From an uncultured delta proteobacterium (GTDB taxonomy: Bacteria > Myxococcota_A > Polyangia > Polyangiales > Houyiibacteriaceae): 64,000 nt of DNA. Positions 1-11,929 of the stretch are shown piece by piece. The stretch spans positions 395,415 through 459,414 of the forward strand of contig CAVPIE010000002.1 of NCBI GenBank assembly GCA_963704865.1. Reading direction: 5' to 3'. The position numbers and the translations under genes were made by a program. The notes beneath the pieces were generated by a model, which was not told where the DNA came from, did no database searches, and saw only the letters and a program-made list of their open reading frames with translations. The stretch's first letter is position 1. Each line of letters starts with the position of its first letter.

Positions 1-477
1 CGCCAGGCTCATCGCCTCGTGAAAGCCGCCGATGTTGGTCGAGCCATCGCCGAAGAAGCAGACCGTGACGCTGTCTTCGCCTGCGTATTTGGACTTGAAA
101 GCAGTGCCTGCGGCTAGCGCCAAGTGGCCTCCGACGATCGCCCAACCGCCGAGAAAGCCCCGCTCGACGTCAAAGAAGTGCATCGAGCCGCCAAACCCTC
201 GCGAACAACCGGTGTCTTTGCCGAAGAGCTCCGCCATCGCTGCCTTCGCTGGCATTCCGCGTGCAAGCGCAATCCCGTGATCGCGATAGGTTTGAAAGAT
301 GTAGTCGTGTTCTTCGAGAACTTCGGCAGCAGCCACCGCAATTGCTTCTTGCCCGATGTACAAATGAAGAAACCCGCCGATCTTGCCTTTGGCGTAGTTG
401 CGCGCTGCCTCTTCTTCGAAGCGCCGCATCACCATCATCATTCGATACTGTCGAAGAAGGTCGTCCTTGTTCTGCAA
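1..477 (-). CDS. 2-oxoacid (pyruvate/acetoin/branched-chain) dehydrogenase E1 component alpha subunit, TPP-dependent. Only the N-terminal part is present; the gene runs off the window's left edge.
   Basis: The minus-strand frame stays open to position 1, so it is absent from the ORF track. My translation reads ..QYRMMMVMRRFEEEAARNYAKGKIGGFLHLYIGQEAIAVAAAEVLEEHDY...CFFGDGSTNIGGFHEAMSLA, which carries the classic E1-alpha signatures. An in-frame TAG lies just upstream. The start is TTG at 477 or ATG at 441. Confidence 0.8.
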   Translation of the reverse strand, partial: MQNKDDLLRQYRMMMVMRRFEEEAARNYAKGKIGGFLHLYIGQEAIAVAAAEVLEEHDYIFQTYRDHGIALARGMPAKAAMAELFGKDTGCSRGFGGSMHFFDVERGFLGGWAIVGGHLALAAGTAFKSKYAGEDSVTVCFFGDGSTNIGGFHEAMSLA

Positions 478-709
478 TCGAACCCCCGAGAGGAGATTCT
501 AGTGCAAGCGCGGGACGCAGCCATCCGAAGAACTCGTGTTTTTGCGAGTATTTTCCGGATCTGCGGCCCACATAACAGCAAGGCGGAGGCCTGGGTTGGC
601 TTATGGTGGCCGCACTGCTTACGATTTGACTGTGCAGATTCACACCTTGAGGGGGGTAAAACTCGAGGATTCCGTTCTCGGGGCGTCGAGCTCGCGGGCA
701 CGGCCTGTC

Positions 710-1687
710 ATGCGTGTGCTCGAGGAAGGGCTCGCGGCGGCGGCGCTTGCCATTCGGGCAAACGCGGGGGCGCTCTACGTCGGGCAGACGGTCGAGTCGC
801 TTCGCTGCATCGCCGCATCCGGGCCGGGCGCAAAGCTTCTGCTCGAGCGTGGAGCCCCGCTTGATCCAGGACTGGCGAAGCGCGCGTTTGGAAGACGGAC
901 CCCTTTCGTCGTCACCTCGCTTTCGTCCGATCCGCAGTTCTCGGCTCGCTCATCACACGTGACTCGGGTGGCCTTGCTCGCACCCTTGCACGACGGAGCG
1001 CGGCCGGTCGGAATCCTGCAGCTGGTAAACCCGGCCTCGCCCGCGCGTTTCACCAGCCGTGACAAGAAGGTCGTCGCAGGGCTGTCCAGCTACATCACGA
1101 CAGCGCTCATCCAAACCTCGTCGCTTCGGAGGCAGGCAGGGCTCGCCGCCCATGATCCACTAACCGGTCTTCGAAATGTAAGGAAGCTCAATAGCGAGCT
1201 GACCAAGGCCGTGAGCGCCGCGCGAAGAGGCGAACGCGACATGGCGATCATGTTCGTCGACGTCGACCACTTAAAGCGGGTGAACAGCAAGTTCGGGCAC
1301 GCTGCCGGGAGCGAAGCGCTGAAGCGAACGGGCAAGGCGCTGGACGAAGCCGCCGCCGGCGTGGGCGCCGTGTTCCGGTTCGGCGGCGACGAGTTCATCG
1401 TCGTGCAAAAGCGCGCGTCAAAAGAAAGCGCACGTGCGCTCGCAAACCATTTGCGAAGTCACGTCGCCGAGAGCACTGCAGGTTCAATGCGCCCCGGTGG
1501 GATGCTTCCGACGATTACAGTTTCGGTTGGAGTCGCGATGCTCAATGGCCTGCGTCATCTCAATGGTCAGCCGTCGAGTGACCTGAAGTCGCGCCTGATG
1601 ACGGCGGCCGACCGCGCGCTGTTCCGCGCAAAGGCTGCGGGCCGTAACCGCGTCGTCCTGGCAACGGGACGCGACGACCGGCTCTGA
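710..1687 (+). CDS. GAF domain-containing diguanylate cyclase (GGDEF)
   Basis: The C-terminus has MFVDVDHLKRVNSKFGHAAGSEALK and RFGGDEFIVV (intact GGDEF). The N-terminal ~150 aa look GAF-like. I chose ATG 710 (MRVLEEG...) because the 536 start extends into the divergent promoter region. I saw no RxxD I-site five residues upstream of GGDEF. Confidence 0.8.
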   Translation: MRVLEEGLAAAALAIRANAGALYVGQTVESLRCIAASGPGAKLLLERGAPLDPGLAKRAFGRRTPFVVTSLSSDPQFSARSSHVTRVALLAPLHDGARPVGILQLVNPASPARFTSRDKKVVAGLSSYITTALIQTSSLRRQAGLAAHDPLTGLRNVRKLNSELTKAVSAARRGERDMAIMFVDVDHLKRVNSKFGHAAGSEALKRTGKALDEAAAGVGAVFRFGGDEFIVVQKRASKESARALANHLRSHVAESTAGSMRPGGMLPTITVSVGVAMLNGLRHLNGQPSSDLKSRLMTAADRALFRAKAAGRNRVVLATGRDDRL

Positions 1688-1696
1688 ATCGACCGG

Positions 1697-4501
1697 CTAG
1701 GCCACCACAGACAGATACTGCTCGGTGTTCGACTCGATGCGAGCCCTGACCAGCGCAGCATCTTGTTCGACGAACTTCTCGTCGGGCGTGACCTTGAACA
1801 GCGGCTGGCCCTTGGACACGATCGTCCCGTTGGTCTCGACGAGAATCTTGTCTACGGTCCCAGCAAACGGCGCGTACACCTTGTTGAACATTTTCATGAC
1901 TTCGACGATGTAGAGCGGGTCGCCAATCTCGAAGTGTTGCCCCTCTTCGATGAAGCAGGGCATGCCTGGCGCTTCTTGCGCGTAGTACATGCCGCCGCTC
2001 ACGGCGACGATTTCATCCGCCCTGTTGACCGGAGGCGGGACGAGCACCTTCTTCATCTTCGTCTGGTGTTCGCGGTCGAAGAGCCGCGGAGGAATGCTGA
2101 TCGTCAGGTCCTCGTTCACGCGGAGGTCGAAGAAGCCTACCTTGTGCCCGATCAGAGGCAGCAGGCTGTAGAGCTCCATGCCGAGCTGAAAGCCGAGATG
2201 CGCTTCTCTAATTTGCTTCCATTGCTGTGCGTCGAAGCCCTTCGGGGCCTTCTTTACCTTGAGAGCATCGTCGAGCTTCGGCCAACTGGAGAGGCCCAGG
2301 CGTTCCTGCGCGGTTGCGTAGAACGCAGCCCCCTCCCGAAGCACCGCCTGATCCTGCTCCCAGATGCGATGGGCTGCCGGCAGCTTCACCCCGGCGTCCA
2401 TGTGGAGCAGATTGTACGTGTCAGAGAGGACCAGCAGTGGGTTCTTCAGCCAAGTCACGCGGCCGTTCTTGACTTCGAAGTTGCTCTTGTTCGAGCTGAG
2501 CCAGGCTGAAAACAGATGTGGTTGCCTCAAAATGCGGCCGAGCGGACGTCCAAGCAGGGTCTTTTTCAGAATGCACAGGTCGTTGGTGGCCTTTGCGGCG
2601 ACCGAATCGGTCGAAGCGGCCTTCAAGTACTGGCCGGCCAGGCGCTCGTAGGCATAGTCCGGGTCGATTTCGTTGGCCTCGTTCAAGAGCTCGCCGACCA
2701 AGGTCAGGTAGGGAACCACAAATCGAGTCGTCGGCTTTGCGTCGACCCCGTTCGCGAGGAACCAGTGCACGAGCCCGTAATGGAACTGCAGGTTGGTCTG
2801 AAGGTCGGGGCCCCGAAGGACCGTGCAACGAAGCACCTCACGCAGGCGTTCGTAGCTGCCACGGCGATCTTCGCCGGTCGTGACCAGAAGCGCGATGTTG
2901 CTGTCGTACGCGCCGGCCAGACGGTAGCGCATGAAAAGATCGGTATCGGGGTTCTTGAAGCAGATGCCCTGATCGTCGCGAACCTCACCTTCGATCGGGT
3001 CCGACCAAGACATGATCTCGCCTCCCGCATGCGGGGAGAGCGATTGATCGGTCGCATTGAGGCGCGCCTCCACCGCCGCCGCGTCGCGTTGAACGCGCTC
3101 TGGCCGGGGGAGCCGGGCTTTGTGTTTGGCGAGCAGGGCCATCGCCTCGACGATCGAGTGCACGTCGAAGAAATCCTCGGCGTCGTCCGGATTGCGGAAG
3201 CGGAGCGCGTAGCAAAGCTCGGAAACCCGATGCTCGACCTGAATGCGCGTGTTCACTTCCATGAAGTAGTGCCGCGGCCCATCGACGATGCATTCGAAGG
3301 TCGATGCCGAGTCGAGCTTGACCGCCTCGCCGAAGCGCTCGGCTTCCTCCTCCATGCGCCGGAGAATTTCGAGGTCCTGCTCAATCGCGTTGGCCTGAGC
3401 CTCATTGCCGGCGGCCCGCTCCCGCGCGACCGCAGCGGCGAGCGTCTCCTGCGTGATCGAAACCTCGAGGAGCTTCTGCTCGTGCATCTGAAGGGAGCAA
3501 TCGCGCCCTCCGAGTGAAACCGTCCATTCGCCGTTGCCGAGAAGCTGGATCTCGTTGTGGCGCGTCGTCTCGATGTTGAGCTCTACGAGGATGTTCTTGT
3601 TGTCACCGACGCCGAGCGCCTTCACTTCGCTCAGAATTTCTCGAACCATGGCTGGGGCCTGCTCGGCGCGGTCGACGATGCGTTGCCCTTTACCACCGCC
3701 TCCACCGATCGCCTTGAGACGAATGCGGCTGCCCTGGTTCTCTTCGAGGATATTCGCAACTTCGATTTTGATCTGCTCGGCGAGCTCGTCGACTGCATAA
3801 AGGTCGATGTGGGCATCGTAGGAAGCCCCAAGCAGCGCGTCGGCCAGAGCTTCTAGATTTACCGCATCGTCGCCGAGCTCGGGCACCTCGAGGCCATGCT
3901 TCTTGGCGAGCTTGCTGAGGGCCTTGCGGTCCGGATGGTTTTTGAGAATCAGCCGCGCCGTGGCATTGTTGATGCCAGGGGTCACGCTGACGTCGACACG
4001 CTCGGCGGTGCGCTTGGCCTCGTCCTTGAAACCGGCTGCCTGCACGGTGTAGGAGCAGGGGCCGATGAAGCGAAGGCCAGCCTCTTCAAGCGAGCGAACG
4101 AACTGTTCGTCCTCCGCCATGAAACCATAGCCAGCAAAAACGTAATCGTAACCGTTGACCTTCGCGATCTCGATGATCTGCTGGATGCGCTCCGCGCGCT
4201 CTTCCTTGCTCGCGCCGGTGTAGTCCGAAACCGAGTGAACGCGGGACGGGTCCAAGCGCCGAAGCTCGGGGGCCAGCGCTCGCGGGTAGACGATCGAGTC
4301 CTTTTCCGAAAGCAGGATCCCTACCCGGGTCATCCCCATCTCCTCGAAGATGTCGAGCGCCTCTCGCCGAATCGGTCCTCGGCAGACGATGAGGACGGTC
4401 ATGTCCTCGCACTCGAACGAACGCACCCACTCGGACTCGGAGCTTCCGAGGCGGCGGTCCCGATGAATCAGCGGGTTGTGCATGTAGCTGGTCGACGACA
4501 T
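1697..4501 (-). CDS. Biotin carboxylase fused to biotin carboxyl carrier domain (acyl-CoA carboxylase alpha chain), atypically long at 934 aa
   Basis: It has the ATP-grasp glycine loop KAIGGGGGKGQRIV and the catalytic block YFMEVNTRIQVEHRVSE. The C-terminal biotinyl-lysine motif is IVEVMKMFNKV. Its ATG directly abuts the upstream gene's stop (TAG-ATG junction at 4499-4504). Confidence 0.85.
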   Translation of the reverse strand: MSSTSYMHNPLIHRDRRLGSSESEWVRSFECEDMTVLIVCRGPIRREALDIFEEMGMTRVGILLSEKDSIVYPRALAPELRRLDPSRVHSVSDYTGASKEERAERIQQIIEIAKVNGYDYVFAGYGFMAEDEQFVRSLEEAGLRFIGPCSYTVQAAGFKDEAKRTAERVDVSVTPGINNATARLILKNHPDRKALSKLAKKHGLEVPELGDDAVNLEALADALLGASYDAHIDLYAVDELAEQIKIEVANILEENQGSRIRLKAIGGGGGKGQRIVDRAEQAPAMVREILSEVKALGVGDNKNILVELNIETTRHNEIQLLGNGEWTVSLGGRDCSLQMHEQKLLEVSITQETLAAAVARERAAGNEAQANAIEQDLEILRRMEEEAERFGEAVKLDSASTFECIVDGPRHYFMEVNTRIQVEHRVSELCYALRFRNPDDAEDFFDVHSIVEAMALLAKHKARLPRPERVQRDAAAVEARLNATDQSLSPHAGGEIMSWSDPIEGEVRDDQGICFKNPDTDLFMRYRLAGAYDSNIALLVTTGEDRRGSYERLREVLRCTVLRGPDLQTNLQFHYGLVHWFLANGVDAKPTTRFVVPYLTLVGELLNEANEIDPDYAYERLAGQYLKAASTDSVAAKATNDLCILKKTLLGRPLGRILRQPHLFSAWLSSNKSNFEVKNGRVTWLKNPLLVLSDTYNLLHMDAGVKLPAAHRIWEQDQAVLREGAAFYATAQERLGLSSWPKLDDALKVKKAPKGFDAQQWKQIREAHLGFQLGMELYSLLPLIGHKVGFFDLRVNEDLTISIPPRLFDREHQTKMKKVLVPPPVNRADEIVAVSGGMYYAQEAPGMPCFIEEGQHFEIGDPLYIVEVMKMFNKVYAPFAGTVDKILVETNGTIVSKGQPLFKVTPDEKFVEQDAALVRARIESNTEQYLSVVA

Positions 4502-6205
4502 CTAATGAAACTCACGCTGGACCGCTTGCAATGGCCCTGGGGTGTAGTGGGACAAATAAAAATCGAGGTTTTTAGCCAGCGCTGCCCTCACATTCGTCGG
4601 AGGAACGATCTCCGAAATCGAGCCGAGGCTGAGCGCTTCCTTCGGGTTCATCAACTCTCTTTCGTACCGAGCGTTGAACGCAGCCTCCTGCGCCTTGACC
4701 CATTCAGCCACCTCTGCGTCGGCGTCCTGTTTGCTCGCACCGGCGTCGAGCGCTTTCTGCAGTCGCGCCCGTGCGCTATTTCGCATGTCGCGCATCTCTT
4801 TTTTGTAGACGAACTCTTTGCCCGCCGGCCCCATCACGGCAACGCGCGTCGTTGGAAGCGCCATCACGTGGTCGGCGCCGGTCGCGTAGCAGTTGAATGC
4901 CGCATACGCGCCACCGAAGGCATTCCTGATGATCAGCAGAAGACGCGGCGTCCGGAGATCGATGATCGAGTCGAGCATCGCTCGCCCTGCTTGGACGATT
5001 CCGCGACTCTCCTGATCGCGCCCGGGCAAAAATCCCGTCGTGTCCTCCATGAAGATCACCGGAATGTTGTAGAGGTTGCAAAAGCGAATGAATCGCGAAT
5101 TTTTGTATGCCGCGTCGACGTCGATCTGCCCCGATGCAACCGCGCTGTTGTTGCAAACGAAGCCGACGACGTGCCCGCCAAGGCGCCCGAATGCCGTGAT
5201 CGTGTTACGCGCTCGCTGCGGCTGGAGCTCGAAGTAGTCCCCGTGGTCGCAGATCTGCTGAAGAATGATGCTCACGTCGATCGGCGTATTGAAGCCGGTC
5301 GGCGAGTTGAACGCCTTGCGGAGAAGCGTGTGGATCTCGCCCGTCGGCCGGTCGAGTGGGTCAGAGGTCTCCTGATAGGGAGCAAATTCGTGATTATTCC
5401 CCGGCAGGTAGCTCAGTAAGCGTCGCGCGGTTCTGAGGGCGCCAACCTCGTCCCGCACCGTGAGGTCTGCGACCCCGCTCTGCCCGTGAACGCCAGGGCC
5501 GCCGAGCTCGTCCGCCGTCACATCTTCGCCGAGCACGGACTTGACCACGCCGGGTCCGGTCAGCCCGAAGAAAGTGTGGGCTGGCTGAATCATGAAGCTG
5601 CCCTGCCGCGGCAGGTACGAACCGCCGCCCGCGTTGTATCCGAACATGCACATGATGCTCGGAACCACCCCGCTGATTTTGCGAAGGGCCGTGAATGCCT
5701 CGGCGTAGCCGTCCAAACCGCCGATGCCCGCGGGCACGAACGCGCCTGCGCTGTCGTTCATCCCGACGAGCGGCATACCCTGCCGGCCGGCCAAGCGGAT
5801 GACATTGGCCAGCTTGGTGCCGTTGGTCGCATCCATCGACCCCGCACGGAGCGTGAAATCGTGGCCGTAGACGGCGACCTCGCGACCGTCGATTTCGACG
5901 ACAGCAGTCACGATCGATGCGCCATCGAGATTCGGACCCCAGTTCTGGTACAGGATCGTCGGCTCGGTCCCCGGATCGCGGAGCACGTCGAGACGCTCCC
6001 AGACCGTCATGCGGCGCTTGGCGTGCTGCCGGCCGATCTGAACAGGACCGGCCGCGGTTCGCGGGCGCGCACGAAGCAGCTCGCCCTCCCGAACCGCTTT
6101 GTCGTACGGCCCGCCTTCGTTCGCCAAAGCGGTGGACGAACCGGTTTCGCCATCCATTTCAAACGGATTGCGGATGCTTGGCGTCAGAGGGTCCTTGTCG
6201 GGCAT
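4502..6205 (-). CDS. Acyl-CoA carboxylase carboxyltransferase (beta) subunit, PccB/MmdA family
   Basis: The 567-aa product shows the typical carboxyl-transferase N and C halves (..[17 protein letters not shown].., ..[10 protein letters not shown].., ..[12 protein letters not shown].., ..[10 protein letters not shown]..). It sits immediately upstream of, and adjacent to, the BC-BCCP gene. Confidence 0.85.
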   Translation of the reverse strand: MPDKDPLTPSIRNPFEMDGETGSSTALANEGGPYDKAVREGELLRARPRTAAGPVQIGRQHAKRRMTVWERLDVLRDPGTEPTILYQNWGPNLDGASIVTAVVEIDGREVAVYGHDFTLRAGSMDATNGTKLANVIRLAGRQGMPLVGMNDSAGAFVPAGIGGLDGYAEAFTALRKISGVVPSIMCMFGYNAGGGSYLPRQGSFMIQPAHTFFGLTGPGVVKSVLGEDVTADELGGPGVHGQSGVADLTVRDEVGALRTARRLLSYLPGNNHEFAPYQETSDPLDRPTGEIHTLLRKAFNSPTGFNTPIDVSIILQQICDHGDYFELQPQRARNTITAFGRLGGHVVGFVCNNSAVASGQIDVDAAYKNSRFIRFCNLYNIPVIFMEDTTGFLPGRDQESRGIVQAGRAMLDSIIDLRTPRLLLIIRNAFGGAYAAFNCYATGADHVMALPTTRVAVMGPAGKEFVYKKEMRDMRNSARARLQKALDAGASKQDADAEVAEWVKAQEAAFNARYERELMNPKEALSLGSISEIVPPTNVRAALAKNLDFYLSHYTPGPLQAVQREFH

Positions 6206-6346
6206 AACTACATTTGCCTACATCAGTTGGTGCCCAGGGCACGGGCGTCGCAGCGCACGGCCTTGTACGGGTTTTGGGGTCGAAATGCCAGCGAACACCC
6301 CCCAGGCGTGCAGATGCGGATGGCGCCATTCCAGAAATCCGCGAAA

Positions 6347-7168
6347 ATGCAGGGCTTCATGCCGTTTCAAGAAGATTCCCGGCGCGCCCTGGATGTCGCC
6401 GAGCGCGCGGCGCTGCGAGCCGGGGAGCTCGTGATGGGAGGTTGGCGGGTCGGCACGGAGATCGCGCGTAAGGGGCGCTTCGACTTGCTGACCAAATACG
6501 ACCTCGAGAGTGAGAATCTCATTCGGGAGGCGCTGTTGTGCGAGTTCCCCGGTCATCGGTTCGTCGGCGAGGAGGGCGCGGAGACCGGTGCGGGCGAGCT
6601 GGTCTGGTACGTCGACCCGATCGACGGCACGACCAACTACGCCCATGGGCACTTCTTTTTTGCGGTTTCGATCGCGTTGTATCGCGGCCGAGAAGGGCTT
6701 GTGGGCGTCGTGCATGCGCCAGCGCTCGGGGTGACCTGGAAAGCCGCCAAGGGCATGGGTGCGTTTCGCAACGGAAAACCCTGCTCCGTGTCCGCCCGCA
6801 AACAACTCGAAGAAGCCGTCTGCGCGACCGGCTTTCCCTACGACCGCAGGTCGAACGGCGACAACAATCTCGCGGAGCTCGCGCTCTTTTTGCAGCGCGC
6901 CAGAGGCATCCGGCGGTGCGGTGCAGCGTCGGTCGATCTCTGTCTAGTCGCCGACGGCACGTACGACATCTATTGGGAGAAGTCGCTCAATGCGTGGGAC
7001 CTGTGTGCCGGCGCGCTGATCGTGAAGGAAGCGGGCGGCCAGCTTTCGACCTACGAAGGCGACGAGGCTGACCCGCGCAGTGGCAAGCTGGTCGCGTCCA
7101 ATGGCCTGCTTCATGAGGCCGCCGTCCGCGCGATTGGTGAGGCACGTCACAATCTGACACCCGACTAA
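6347..7168 (+). CDS. suhB: Inositol monophosphatase family protein (SuhB-like)
   Basis: Motifs FVGEEG, WYVDPIDGTTNYAHG and the C-terminal WDLCAG are present. The listed ORF start at 5486 is an artefactual extension antisense to the carboxyltransferase gene. Plausible starts are ATG 6347 or 6359. Confidence 0.8.
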   Translation: MQGFMPFQEDSRRALDVAERAALRAGELVMGGWRVGTEIARKGRFDLLTKYDLESENLIREALLCEFPGHRFVGEEGAETGAGELVWYVDPIDGTTNYAHGHFFFAVSIALYRGREGLVGVVHAPALGVTWKAAKGMGAFRNGKPCSVSARKQLEEAVCATGFPYDRRSNGDNNLAELALFLQRARGIRRCGAASVDLCLVADGTYDIYWEKSLNAWDLCAGALIVKEAGGQLSTYEGDEADPRSGKLVASNGLLHEAAVRAIGEARHNLTPD

Positions 7169-7170
7169 TC

Positions 7171-9354
7171 GTGAATCGGGCCGGTCCGGCCGGTACACTG
7201 AACGCGATGGGGATCGAACCGGAGGTGGAGCAGGCCTGGGAACCAGGATCTGCGTGCTCGGCGGAAACGTTGGCAGCGCGGGTGCCCTTGAGCGCCGAGG
7301 AGCGCCGCTCGATGATGAGCTCACTCGGCCGACGCTACTTGGCGACGATGCTGATCTGCGCGGGGGTCGCCTACGAGGCGCTTGCGCTCGGCCACTGGTC
7401 GACCGGCGCCAATCAAACCGAGCTGAAGTTGATGACGATCTATGGGCTCGCTGGAATCGCGATGATTGCGCTCGGCTGGCGCGCCCATCATCAACCGCCG
7501 CGGCTCGCCTGGTCACTACACATCGGCGGATTGGCATTCCTCGTCGTCACCGCGACCGTCACGCTGGCGTACGCCCTGGGCGGGGATCCCTCGGATTTCT
7601 ACGTTTACTTGCTGATTCAGCTTGCAGCAGGGGCACTGGTTCACGACTGGCGGTGGCTCGCCGTGATCATGATCGCCGGGTACCTCGGCTGGGGGCTTAC
7701 TTCGCTTTGGGTGCCAGACGTCAACTGGATGAAGAGCTCTGGATACTTGTTCGGCTTCTCTGCGATCACGATCGGGATCCACCACGCGAGAAGCCGCGCA
7801 CTGATTCAAATGGAAGAGCTCCGGCTCGCGGCGGAGCGAGCCTCCCAGGCGAAGACGGATCTGCTCGCCAACGTGAGCCACGAGGTTCGCACGCCAATGA
7901 ACGGCGTCCTTGGTCTCAGCGCACTGCTTCTCGATACTGATCTCGATGAAAAGCAGAAGAAGATGATCGCCGCGATCCGGGAGTCCGCAGACGCGCTGGT
8001 CGGCATAGTCGACGAGATCCTCGACTTCTCACATCTTCAAAAGGGGCAGGTCGAGCTCGACACCGCTCCCTTCGACATGCGGGTGCTCATCGACGGCGTC
8101 GTCGAGCTCATGCAACCACGTGCTGACGCGAAGGGCATTCGCCTCGAATCGAAAACTCCGGGAATTACGAGCCAGCGGTTCCTGGGAGACAGCGGCCGCA
8201 TCCGCCAGGTGCTGCTCAACTTGGTGAACAACGCGATCAAGTTCACCGATGCGGGCTCTGTGCAGGTTCGGGGCGAGGTTGTGGACCGTTCCGAAAAGGC
8301 TCGAATTCGCCTTTCGGTCCGCGATACCGGTGTCGGGATTCCAGAGCATTTGCTCGATGGAATCTTTACCCGCTGTCGGCGGAGTAATAGCGGTTCGAAC
8401 CGAAGCACGGCGGGCAACGGTTTGGGCTTGGCGATCAGCAAACAGCTGGTCGAGCTCATGGGTGGGGAGCTCGGAGTCAGCAGCACGGTCGACGAGGGGA
8501 CTTGCTTTTGGGCCGAGTTCGATCTGGGATTCGGCCAAGACACCACCCTGCGCGTGATCGATACCGACGGCCGGAGCCAAGTGTTGATACGCGAGGGCGC
8601 GCTGGTGCTGGTCGCTGAAGACGACCCGACTAGCCGCATGGTGACCGAAGCGCTCTTGAGAAAGCTCTCGTGCGAGGTGGACATCGCGATCGACGGTCGA
8701 CAGGCACTCGAGAAAGCGAAAGCCAACGACTACGACATCGTTTTCATGGATTGCCACATGCCACTCATCGACGGCTACCAAGCCACGAAGCGCATTCGGC
8801 AGTCGCCGGACAAAAAAGAGCTGCCGATCGTCGCCCTCACCGCGAGCGTCGCCGAAAAAGACCGAGTGCGCTGCCTCGACGCAGGCATGAACGACGTGGT
8901 CTGCAAGCCGGTCCGGACCTCGATGCTCGCCAAGGCCTTGGAACGCTGGGTGCCTCTCTCTGGCGAACGCCCGACGAAGTCGGTGTCTACGCTTCCACCC
9001 CCGCCTGCGCTCGACCTCCGCATGGTTGGACAGCTCATCTCGCTCGACGGCGAAGATGACGAGTTCATCGAGGATGTCCTGCTGGGCTACGTCGATCAGC
9101 TCCGGGCGTGCGTGACGCAGATGAGAGGAGCTCTGGACGACGGTGACATGAATGCCGCACGCCTGAGCGCCCACACGGTCAAGGGAGCGAGCAAGCAAAT
9201 CGGTGCAACCCGCGTTGGCGAGCTTCTTGACGGAATCGAGGGCGAAACCAGCATCGACGCGGCGCGAAATCTCCTCGAGGTCGTCGAGCAGGAGCTCCCT
9301 CGCGTCGAAGAAGCAATTCGAGCGCTGCTGAGTCGATCGCGCCGCGCAGGCTAG
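7171..9354 (+). CDS. Hybrid sensor histidine kinase (multi-TM sensor, HisKA, HATPase, receiver, Hpt)
   Basis: The H-box is LANVSHEVRTPMNGV. ATPase boxes are LVNNAIKFT, DTGVGI and GNGLGLAI. The receiver has VLVAEDDP...DIVFMDCHMPLIDG...ALTASV, and the Hpt domain has SAHTVKGASKQIGA. Several hydrophobic helices lie at the N-terminus. The start is GTG 7171 or ATG 7207. Confidence 0.85.
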   Translation: MNRAGPAGTLNAMGIEPEVEQAWEPGSACSAETLAARVPLSAEERRSMMSSLGRRYLATMLICAGVAYEALALGHWSTGANQTELKLMTIYGLAGIAMIALGWRAHHQPPRLAWSLHIGGLAFLVVTATVTLAYALGGDPSDFYVYLLIQLAAGALVHDWRWLAVIMIAGYLGWGLTSLWVPDVNWMKSSGYLFGFSAITIGIHHARSRALIQMEELRLAAERASQAKTDLLANVSHEVRTPMNGVLGLSALLLDTDLDEKQKKMIAAIRESADALVGIVDEILDFSHLQKGQVELDTAPFDMRVLIDGVVELMQPRADAKGIRLESKTPGITSQRFLGDSGRIRQVLLNLVNNAIKFTDAGSVQVRGEVVDRSEKARIRLSVRDTGVGIPEHLLDGIFTRCRRSNSGSNRSTAGNGLGLAISKQLVELMGGELGVSSTVDEGTCFWAEFDLGFGQDTTLRVIDTDGRSQVLIREGALVLVAEDDPTSRMVTEALLRKLSCEVDIAIDGRQALEKAKANDYDIVFMDCHMPLIDGYQATKRIRQSPDKKELPIVALTASVAEKDRVRCLDAGMNDVVCKPVRTSMLAKALERWVPLSGERPTKSVSTLPPPPALDLRMVGQLISLDGEDDEFIEDVLLGYVDQLRACVTQMRGALDDGDMNAARLSAHTVKGASKQIGATRVGELLDGIEGETSIDAARNLLEVVEQELPRVEEAIRALLSRSRRAG

Positions 9355-9372
9355 ATTCCGACTTGAGCACGA

Positions 9373-11886
<2,514 letters not shown>

Positions 11887-11929
11887 CTAAACCATTGATC
11901 TGACAAATGAATTTCTGGGTCCGGGAAGC

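Noticed and set aside
124-864. A 246-aa plus-strand ORF and a 157-aa minus-strand ORF (170-643) at the left edge.
   Set aside because: They overlap the strongly supported E1-alpha frame (1-477, minus) or the divergent intergenic region. They carry no motifs.
3896-5419. A 507-aa plus-strand ORF, together with similar long antisense ORFs at 1763-2509, 2516-3517, 8029-9198, 10330-10914, 17283-18488, 32351-33451, 34070-35446, 39799-40965, 41947-42990, 46131-47444, 47870-48775, 48902-49786, 50146-51375, 54873-56165 and 61287-61979.
   Set aside because: All lie opposite genes with strong family motifs (carboxylase, kinase, gyrB, MCP, GT39, pilY1, ftsK, bioA, EBP, gltX). All translate to R/G/P/A/H-rich sequences without domains. 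They are high-GC shadow frames.
5486-6346. The N-terminal 287 aa of the 560-aa ORF that ends as the IMPase gene.
   Set aside because: This part is antisense to the carboxyltransferase gene and lacks IMPase homology. The conserved IMPase N-terminus begins near 6347.
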